Positions 57,195 to 64,000 of a stretch of 64,000 nucleotides of DNA are shown here, one piece after another. A program made the translations under genes and the position numbers. The notes under the pieces are model-generated. The model ran no database searches and was not told the DNA's origin. It saw only the letters and a program-made list of their open reading frames with translations. The DNA is from an uncultured Roseibium sp. (lineage in GTDB: Bacteria > Pseudomonadota > Alphaproteobacteria > Rhizobiales > Stappiaceae), in the NCBI RefSeq assembly GCF_947494555.1, contig NZ_CANLVF010000006.1, positions 101,374 through 165,373 on the forward strand. The letters run 5' to 3'. Position 1 is the first letter of the stretch. Each line of letters starts with the position of its first letter.

Positions 57195-59042
57195 TCAGGA
57201 CGTCGCTGCCGTCTCCAGGACGCCGGGTGCGGCATGCAGCAGCTCAACGATCCGGTTCAACAGGTCCTTTCGCTCGTTGCTGCCGTCAGCCGAATAGTTG
57301 AGGTTTTTGAACAAAGAGGTCTGTTCGGTGAAGAACTTGCGCACTGCGTCCTTGTCCCCAAACGCAAAGTCGGTCTTGGCAATCTTGTAGACCAGATCGA
57401 ATGTCTCCTGCTGGCGCGCCAGCGGCGCGGACACGTCAACATCATCAAACGCATCCTGCTGCAGATAGACCATATCGAGAAACAGTGCCTTCTGCTGAAG
57501 CACGAAGTCCTCGGTCGAGACCCCTTCTTCGCCCGTTACCTGCATCATGCGTGTGATCTCATCCCCTTTTCTCAGAAGTTCGATCATCTCCTCGACGCGC
57601 GGCACCCAGTCAGGACCGATATTGTTCTCATACCAGTCGCCAAGCTGGCTGTGGTAGCGCGACCAAGACAACAGCGGATCGACCGCGGGATAAAACCGCT
57701 TGTAGGCCCGCTCCGAAGAAAGCCCGAGGAACGTCTTGACGGTCCCGAGCGTGGACTGCGTTACCGGCTCTTCGAAATTGCCGCCGGCCGGAGACACCGT
57801 GCCGATCATGGTAAGACTTCCGGTCTCGCCGCCCGCCGTCCTCAGAACACCGGCACGCTCGTAAACGCCCTTGATGGCTGAGTCGAGATAGGCGGGAAAT
57901 GCTTCTTCGCCCGGAATTTCCTCAAGACGGCCGGAGGTTTCGCGCATCGCCTGCGCCCAGCGAGACGTGCTGTCGGCGATCAGCAAAACATCATAGCCCA
58001 TCTGGCGGTAGTACTCGCCCAGCGTGATGCCTGTGTAGATCGAGGCTTCGCGGGCGGCGACCGGCATCGAGGACGTATTGCAGATGATCACCGTCCGGTC
58101 CATCAGCGTTCCGTCTCCCGAAGGGTCCGGCTGATGCGGAAATTCCGTGATGGTTTCCACGACTTCGCCGGCCCGTTCTCCACATGCAACGACAATCACG
58201 ATGTTCACCGCGGAAAATCGCGAGATCAGGGATTGCAGGACCGTCTTTCCGGCACCGAACGGTCCCGGGATACAGCCCATTCCTCCACGGGCAATGGGAA
58301 AGAACGTGTCAATCAGGCGCAGCGTGGTTATCAGGGGTTCGCTGGGATAAAGCCGCTCACTTTGCCCGGCCTTGACGAGCCCTTCGGGAAGGGCGCGCCG
58401 TACAGGCCAATGCTGAACCATCGTCAGATCGCGGGTTTCACCGCGATCGTTCTTCAGTGTGATCACGACTTCGCTGATGGTGAAGGTGCCTTCCCGAACC
58501 CTTTCGACGGACCAGCTTCCCGTCATAGAGAACGGCGCCATCACCTTGTGTTCGAAACGGCCTTCCGGCACCGTGCCGAGCGTGTCTCCCGCTTTGACGG
58601 GATCACCTGCCTTGACCTTCGGCTCAAACGCCCATTTGCGAGTTTCATCCAGGACATTGGTCAATACACCCCGGGGCAGAAAGAATCCGTGCTCAGCGGC
58701 AATTTCGGCGAGCGGGTTCTGAAGGCCGTCGAATACGGTGCTGAGCAGGCCCGGTCCGAGGGCAACGGACAGCATTTCACCGCTCTGGATAACCTTGTCG
58801 CCCACGCGGACACCGGCCGTGCTTTCAAAAACCTGCGCCTCGGCCGACTTGCCCCGCACGCGCAGGACCTCGGCCTTCAGATATTCCCGGGGTTTGCCCT
58901 CGCGCTCGGGTCCGTGCGGAATGATGTACACCACTTCGTTCTTGATGAGCGGCGCGTTTTCCAATGGCGAAAGCGTCACAAGATCATCCTGGACGGCGAT
59001 GATTTCGGCAGTCGGTTCCGGAAGCTGAACATGGCTTGTCAT
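57195..59042 (-). CDS. V/A-type ATPase catalytic subunit A
   Basis: GPGLL, FDGLQNPL, WPVR, P-loop GPFGAGKT, ACGERAGE, NTSSMPVAAREAS, DSTSRWAQAMRE, EEAFPAYL. Confidence 0.95.
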   Translation of the reverse strand: MTSHVQLPEPTAEIIAVQDDLVTLSPLENAPLIKNEVVYIIPHGPEREGKPREYLKAEVLRVRGKSAEAQVFESTAGVRVGDKVIQSGEMLSVALGPGLLSTVFDGLQNPLAEIAAEHGFFLPRGVLTNVLDETRKWAFEPKVKAGDPVKAGDTLGTVPEGRFEHKVMAPFSMTGSWSVERVREGTFTISEVVITLKNDRGETRDLTMVQHWPVRRALPEGLVKAGQSERLYPSEPLITTLRLIDTFFPIARGGMGCIPGPFGAGKTVLQSLISRFSAVNIVIVVACGERAGEVVETITEFPHQPDPSGDGTLMDRTVIICNTSSMPVAAREASIYTGITLGEYYRQMGYDVLLIADSTSRWAQAMRETSGRLEEIPGEEAFPAYLDSAIKGVYERAGVLRTAGGETGSLTMIGTVSPAGGNFEEPVTQSTLGTVKTFLGLSSERAYKRFYPAVDPLLSWSRYHSQLGDWYENNIGPDWVPRVEEMIELLRKGDEITRMMQVTGEEGVSTEDFVLQQKALFLDMVYLQQDAFDDVDVSAPLARQQETFDLVYKIAKTDFAFGDKDAVRKFFTEQTSLFKNLNYSADGSNERKDLLNRIVELLHAAPGVLETAATS

Positions 59043-59782
59043 GAAGAGGCTCCCTCGAGCGGTGGTGACGTGGTTGAGAGAAAGTCTGTTTGAACCTGCG
59101 CCTCGGTGGCATTCGAACCCTCAAGCGCTGCCGCAACCAAAGCTTCAAGACGGTTGCGCGCATCGGTTTCGTCGTAGCGCGACCAGCGTTCGACAATCAC
59201 CCAGCGCAAGACATAGATGGCAACGGCTTCGAAATCGAATTCGTGCAAGGCGCCGTAGTGGTCGAGTTGACGGAACACCTGGGTCAGCGTCAGCCGTTCC
59301 ATGGCAATATGGTCACCTGCCTGCATCAGGCGATGCGCCTCTGCGATCCACGGCATGAAATGCCCGAGCCCGAAGGCCGGATCGCTCCAGTTCGCCTTGA
59401 CCTGTGCGCACCAGCGGCCATAACCCCACAGCGCGATGTCTCCAGCGGCTTCCTGGCCGTCCCTCCGCCTGCGCAGGGCTGCGATCAGGGTTCTGGTCTC
59501 CATTCGCGTGCCGACCAGGTGCTGCAGATCCGGATACTCCTTCAAGTCGTCAATGACTTGTTTTGCGCGCCGAACAACCTCCAAGTCCTGATCATATTTC
59601 GCAACACCGGCCCATGCAGTGATTTCGACCAGCTCCCGCAGAAATTTCCTGTGATCCGCTTCCAGCATCGACAAGCGCTGCCTTAGCCGGAATTCGGATA
59701 TCGGAACCTCTTTGCGGGTAAACAATTCGCCCAGATGCGGAAGGCTGGTGACGAGCGCGATATATTGGTGCGGTGCAGACAT
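59039..59782 (-). CDS. DUF2764-family protein (V/A-ATPase subunit C-like)
   Basis: QYIALVTSLP N-terminus, FDFEAVAIYVL C-terminus; position between E and A. Confidence 0.75.
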   Translation of the reverse strand: MSAPHQYIALVTSLPHLGELFTRKEVPISEFRLRQRLSMLEADHRKFLRELVEITAWAGVAKYDQDLEVVRRAKQVIDDLKEYPDLQHLVGTRMETRTLIAALRRRRDGQEAAGDIALWGYGRWCAQVKANWSDPAFGLGHFMPWIAEAHRLMQAGDHIAMERLTLTQVFRQLDHYGALHEFDFEAVAIYVLRWVIVERWSRYDETDARNRLEALVAAALEGSNATEAQVQTDFLSTTSPPLEGASS

Positions 59783-59784
59783 GG

Positions 59785-60486
59785 CTACCGGAGAACCCCT
59801 TCCATCACCGCGCGCAAACGCGGCTGAAGGTGGCGTTTCAGCAAGCTTGCGATTGCCTCTTCGGTGAGATCGATGGAAACATTCCGCTCGGTGAGCTTGA
59901 CCTTGATGCCGTCAAATCCGGGGGCGGTGGAAAATGTGACACCGTCGCGCAACGCCTCGCCTGCAAGCGCGATGACGAAGTGAGTGAGTGTTCCCGGTTC
60001 GACCGCCTCTGGTGACTGCTTCAACTCCTCGAACGTCACGACCTTTTCCGGCAGAATGATCTCCATCGGCTCCGTGTCACTGACAGATGCGTTGTCCTTG
60101 GCGTTGCCAGCCATCGCAAGAATGAGCTTTTGCAGATATTGCTGATCGCCGAGCGTCGTCCCCACAAGCCGGCCCGCTTCCTGCTGGATCCGGTCGCCGA
60201 GTTCATTTCTGAGGCTCAGAACCAGATCCCGTGCGGCAACCTTCAATCCGTCTTCGGTCGCCGCCTTCTCCTTTGCCGCTTCTGCCCGTGCTTCGCTGAG
60301 AAGGGCATCCGCTTTCTTCTGCGCATCATTCACAATGTCCTCGGCCTTAGCCTTGGCCTTGGCAAGGATTTCCTCGCCCTCGGTTTGGCCGGCAGACACG
60401 CCTTCCGATTTCAAACGTTCGATCAGAGCCTGGACACCAGCCCCGGCCGCGTTTTCAAGATCGTTCGTCTCTTTGTCCCTGGACAT
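59785..60486 (-). CDS. V/A-type ATPase subunit E (peripheral stalk)
   Basis: LIERLKSEGV, charged helical A/K/E-rich N-terminus, DLTEEAIASLL..HL.PR; operon context. Confidence 0.8.
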   Translation of the reverse strand: MSRDKETNDLENAAGAGVQALIERLKSEGVSAGQTEGEEILAKAKAKAEDIVNDAQKKADALLSEARAEAAKEKAATEDGLKVAARDLVLSLRNELGDRIQQEAGRLVGTTLGDQQYLQKLILAMAGNAKDNASVSDTEPMEIILPEKVVTFEELKQSPEAVEPGTLTHFVIALAGEALRDGVTFSTAPGFDGIKVKLTERNVSIDLTEEAIASLLKRHLQPRLRAVMEGVLR

Positions 60487-60495
60487 GACCGCCTC

Positions 60496-60945
60496 CTAAC
60501 TCGGGATCGAACCGGCCAGCACCAGCGCGAAGACAAGAGCGAAGACGGAAAACCCCTCGAGCACTGCCGCAGGGGCGAGAGAGATCCCGAAAATCTCGGG
60601 CTTCGCCTTGGAGGCGTGGATCGCCGAAGCGAGCACCTCGCCCTGACGGATCCCGGTGACAAGCATCGTGAACCCGGACAAAACACCTATGCCGAAAAGT
60701 GCCGCACCATTTGCTGCATCCACACTTGATTGCTGCAACGAGAACATGATCACGATGCCGTAGATCACCTGAGATGAGGGCATGAGTGAAACACCGATGA
60801 AACGGCCGTAACCGCCGTCACTGTCCAACATGGCGCCGATCGCGGCACTGCCGCCAAGCGCGCACCCCCAGGCACTGCCGATCGCCCCAAGGGCAACCGG
60901 CGCATAAAGCCCGAACCAGCCGAGAGCCACAACGAATTCGTTCAC
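60496..60945 (-). CDS. V/A-type ATPase rotor subunit K (duplicated 4-TM proteolipid)
   Basis: GTG start 60945 with GAGGAG RBS, overlapping the subunit I stop; PSSQVIYG, GIRQG, VLEGFSVF. Confidence 0.9.
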   Translation of the reverse strand: MNEFVVALGWFGLYAPVALGAIGSAWGCALGGSAAIGAMLDSDGGYGRFIGVSLMPSSQVIYGIVIMFSLQQSSVDAANGAALFGIGVLSGFTMLVTGIRQGEVLASAIHASKAKPEIFGISLAPAAVLEGFSVFALVFALVLAGSIPS

Positions 60946-62735
60946 AGGCGTGTCTCCTCTTTCTTGAACGGACGGAAAGGCTTGCCTTCGTCCTTCAAAC
61001 CCCAATTAAAAAATTCAATGACATTCAGACGCAATCCATGAACACAGCCGGCAATCAGACCGAGCCCGATGTTGATCGCATGGCCGATCGCAAGCACGAG
61101 GATTGCTATCAGAATGCCGATGCCGGGAACCGCCTGATTAAGCTGTCCGGACAGCGAGTTGATTGTCTCCGCCAGCGAGGCGGCGGCAAGACCCAGGGCA
61201 AACAGGCGCATGTAGCTCAAAACATCGGAGAAGATGTTGACGATCCTCGCAAGTGCCGCCAGACCGTCGAAAACGCGCAGTCCGCCGGATGACACGGAAT
61301 CGACCATCCGGTCGCTGCCGAAAAAGCCCACAAGGAGCAGGCCCACGACCACTGACACCGGCCCGATCGTCGCAAAGAGCGTTGCCTGACCCAAAAAGGT
61401 CGCGAGACCGCCGAGAGCGACAAGGCTCCAGCCAAGCGGCTGAAACCGGGCGCTTGGTGTTTTGGCGTTAATCGCACGCATGGTATTTGCCAGAACGATA
61501 TGAACAACGCCGATTGTCAGCGTGATCTTCATCATGACGTCGACATCTTTCAGATCGAGGATCTTGAGATGCGCCAGAAAGCTGCCCTGCGGCGGGGCGA
61601 TCCCAAAATAACTGCCCGTGGCAATTCCGAATGCCGTGGTCGAGATCATCAGCCAGGCCGACATGCGCAACATGCGCGTCCCGAGTTCGGAACCGCCAAA
61701 TCGCTTGCGGAAGAGGAACAGGACGAGCAACAGCAAAAGCCCGTAACCGGCATCGGTCATGATCATGCCGAAAAAGATGATGAACGACACATAGACGATC
61801 GCCGACGGGTCCCAGTCCCGGTAACCCGGCGTCTGGTAGAACGCGACCAGGTCTTCGCCGCCTTCCATGGAATGCGTGTTCTGAAGAAGTGTCGGCGGTT
61901 TGTCCTTGTCCGAGACCTGGTCGAACAAAACCGCTAGTCCGAGCGCACCGGCAAGGTCCTCAATCTCGGACACCTGGTCCTTGCGTGCCCAGGCCTGCAA
62001 CACGAAGACCCGTTCTCTGTCGGCCGTTTCAAGGCCGGCCCGATGCCGGGCAGAGCGGTCACGTGCCGCGGCAAGGTTCTGCGCCAGAACATAGCGCCAC
62101 TTCGTCAGAGACTGACGCTCCAGCTCAAGGTCTTCAAGTTCAATCGCAGCCTGTTCGTAACGATGGTGGAGTTGCGAAAGCGACAGCGTCCCCACATGAA
62201 CGCGCGGCACCGGCATGGCATCGGACGGTGGTTCTTCAGGCGACAGCAAAACCACATAGGCCCGGTATTTGTCACGGTGCACGATTTCCATGATCTTGCC
62301 TGCAGGATCGATCAGGTCGATTTTTCCATTCGGCACAACATAAAACCACAACCTGTTGTCGCCGATTTCCGCGAGGTCGGAAAAGCTGAATTCGCCCCAG
62401 GGCTCGACATCCCGTATCCGGCGTTCGAGCTGAGCAAGCCGGTCCTGACAGGCCTTCAGCGCCTTACGGTTCTGAAGGGCCTGCGGCACGATGGTTTCCA
62501 GATCGAAGTCATCTGAAACAGTCACAGGCCGCCGCTGCACCGGGCCCTCCACGAGCCAGCGCAAAGCCTCCACAGCTTCTCGCCCGAGCCCTTCCGGCAC
62601 CGCCTCCAGTTCCTTTTGCGCAGAACTGAGCGGGATCAGATGGAGAGACCCAAATGTCTGTGCGGCCTCCAACACCTTGTCCTTGTCATCCAGGATGCCG
62701 ATCAGATTGACCTTGACGAGAGGAACAATGGTCAT
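60942..62735 (-). CDS. V/A-type ATPase subunit I (a)
   Basis: PPTLL.N, FFGMIMTDAGYG, DVLSYMRLFALGLA (essential Arg), HGLRLNVIEFF. Confidence 0.93.
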   Translation of the reverse strand: MTIVPLVKVNLIGILDDKDKVLEAAQTFGSLHLIPLSSAQKELEAVPEGLGREAVEALRWLVEGPVQRRPVTVSDDFDLETIVPQALQNRKALKACQDRLAQLERRIRDVEPWGEFSFSDLAEIGDNRLWFYVVPNGKIDLIDPAGKIMEIVHRDKYRAYVVLLSPEEPPSDAMPVPRVHVGTLSLSQLHHRYEQAAIELEDLELERQSLTKWRYVLAQNLAAARDRSARHRAGLETADRERVFVLQAWARKDQVSEIEDLAGALGLAVLFDQVSDKDKPPTLLQNTHSMEGGEDLVAFYQTPGYRDWDPSAIVYVSFIIFFGMIMTDAGYGLLLLLVLFLFRKRFGGSELGTRMLRMSAWLMISTTAFGIATGSYFGIAPPQGSFLAHLKILDLKDVDVMMKITLTIGVVHIVLANTMRAINAKTPSARFQPLGWSLVALGGLATFLGQATLFATIGPVSVVVGLLLVGFFGSDRMVDSVSSGGLRVFDGLAALARIVNIFSDVLSYMRLFALGLAAASLAETINSLSGQLNQAVPGIGILIAILVLAIGHAINIGLGLIAGCVHGLRLNVIEFFNWGLKDEGKPFRPFKKEETRL

Positions 62736-63355
62736 AAGTCGGCCATCCTTTCCCCAGCTGCACGCGCCGCCGTCTTTCGCTTGGAAATCTTTGCCCGCAC
62801 CACCGCGTCACGCTCGGCATCGGCAAGTGCCATGCGGATCTTCTTGATGTTCCGCACCGCCCTTGGGATGAGCACTTTCTCGAACAAATTGACCCGCCGC
62901 GAGATGACGGCCTCGGCCTCGACGAGCTTTGCAATCCGTTCGCGGGCGACGTCGCGTTCCAGGTTGAGGCGAAGCAGATCCCGCATCCCTTCTACGTAGG
63001 GGTCGACCCAGTGCGGACGGGCGAGCAGCGAATAGCTTTCCGTTTCAACTTCAATATCTCCCAGAACAGGCAAGATCGTTCCAGAGAGGTTCTGTTCGCC
63101 CCTGACCGCCTCCTTCAGTCTCACCAAACCTTCAAGCGGGACATGTGTGTTGGCGATCATTGGCAACTTGGCCGCAAGATCCCTGAAACGCTGCTCATAG
63201 TCCCGATCCAGGCGCGCGAGTGTTTCTTTCGCCTTTGCCCGTTCCGCCATGATTTGAAGCCGCTTCAGCTCAAGCGACGGCAAGAAGCGTTTGTACTCGG
63301 CAAGCTGTGTGCTTTCCCTTGCAAGCGACGACTTGTTGAGCGCCAGTTTTGCCAT
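62732..63355 (-). CDS. V/A-type ATPase subunit D (central stalk)
   Basis: LPSLELKR, RRVNLFEKVLIP, IKKIRMAL.D.ER. Confidence 0.9.
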   Translation of the reverse strand: MAKLALNKSSLARESTQLAEYKRFLPSLELKRLQIMAERAKAKETLARLDRDYEQRFRDLAAKLPMIANTHVPLEGLVRLKEAVRGEQNLSGTILPVLGDIEVETESYSLLARPHWVDPYVEGMRDLLRLNLERDVARERIAKLVEAEAVISRRVNLFEKVLIPRAVRNIKKIRMALADAERDAVVRAKISKRKTAARAAGERMADL

Positions 63356-64000
63356 CAGGCGGCAGCCTCCTCGTCACCATCCGGCGCTTGTTTCTTGAGT
63401 TTTGGAAAGTACTTGTCGATCAATCCCTGTTTCATCAAAAGCTGCTCGGGCTCGAAACATTCGGCCAGCGTCTGCCAACAAAGGTCCAAAGCGTCCTCAA
63501 GCGGCCTGGTTACCTCGATATCCATGAAACGCTCGCGGAACAGCTCACCGAATTTCAGGAGCTGGCGATCATGATCGGAAAGTTCAAACGCCATCGACTG
63601 CTTCTGTTCGGCGTCGCGCGCACCGGAATAGAAACGGATCATGGTATTCATGATCTGATTGTGATCTTCCCGGGTGACCTTGCCGATCACATGCTGTTTG
63701 AGCCGCGACAACGAGCCGAAGGGATCGATGACCCCGCTATGAAGGTAGAACTGACCTTCGGTTATGTAACCGGTATTGTCCGGCACGGGATGGGTGACAT
63801 CATTTCCGGGCATGGTCGTGACGGTCAGAATGGTGACCGACCCCGAGCCCTTGAAATCACAGGCTTTTTCATACCTTCGCGCAAGCTGCGAATAGAGATC
63901 TCCCGGATACCCGCGGTTTGCCGGAACCCGCTCCATCGCAATGGAAACTTCTTTCATGGCGTCCGCGAATGCCGTCATGTCCGTGAGCAGAACCAGGACG
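63355..64000 (-). CDS. V/A-type ATPase subunit B, 5' part outside the window
   Basis: Frame open to the window edge ([14 protein letters not shown]); [40 protein letters not shown]. Confidence 0.93.
   Translation of the reverse strand, partial: VLVLLTDMTAFADAMKEVSIAMERVPANRGYPGDLYSQLARRYEKACDFKGSGSVTILTVTTMPGNDVTHPVPDNTGYITEGQFYLHSGVIDPFGSLSRLKQHVIGKVTREDHNQIMNTMIRFYSGARDAEQKQSMAFELSDHDRQLLKFGELFRERFMDIEVTRPLEDALDLCWQTLAECFEPEQLLMKQGLIDKYFPKLKKQAPDGDEEAAA

Noticed and set aside
58134-59093. 319-aa + strand ORF
   Set aside because: Antisense shadow of ATPase subunit A.
1-64000. Anti-phage defence, prophage, toxin-antitoxin or secondary-metabolite (NRPS/PKS/RiPP) systems
   Set aside because: No recognisable motifs for these in any supported ORF.

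Overview
A 64 kb chromosomal window from a GC-rich alphaproteobacterium. Gene content suggests a marine Stappiaceae/Roseibium-like organism (inference). No rRNA, tRNA, CRISPR array, transposase, integrase or phage gene was recognised. From left to right: (1) 1-18.5 kb, a surface-glycan locus. It has a window-truncated divergent DapA-family aldolase missed by the ORF track, a second Gmd-like enzyme, a NeuB-SAF-TIM-barrel fusion, an MsbA-like exporter, rfbF-rfbG plus an SDR reductase, gmd-fcl, four glycosyltransferase-like genes, two methyltransferases and a sulfotransferase. (2) 18.5-28.5 kb, housekeeping genes: YegS-like kinase, LysR/gcdH, degenerate HutG, class V aminotransferase, two-domain PPK2, DedA-PAP2. 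(3) 28.6-33.9 kb, a sulfide/persulfide oxidation operon (YeeE/YedE x2, PDO, DUF442-SQR fusion, SulP) with a candidate SqrR/BigR-type operator. (4) 34.5-37.4 kb, SOS-boxed mmcB, a photolyase, DUF2256 and a three-layer nested palindromic repeat. (5) 37.4-48.2 kb, xylFHG-xylBA with a divergent ROK regulator that is translationally coupled to a secreted di-heme protein and a CRTAC1/ASPIC-UnbV propeller protein. (6) 48.9-57 kb, preTA and an orphan NMT1-type binding protein, each preceded by a RutR-like box, with BCCT, small and secreted proteins and an SDR-DoxX/DUF2269 pair in between. (7) 57.2-64 kb, a V/A-type ATPase operon (B-D-I-K-E-DUF2764-A) whose rotor subunit carries the Na+-binding ligand set. 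The strongest candidates for uncharacterised systems are the XylR-coupled di-heme/propeller pair, the aldolase/Gmd/NeuB-fusion sugar module and the permuted, putatively Na+-coupled V/A-ATPase. All family calls come from motif recognition by eye; no database search was run.
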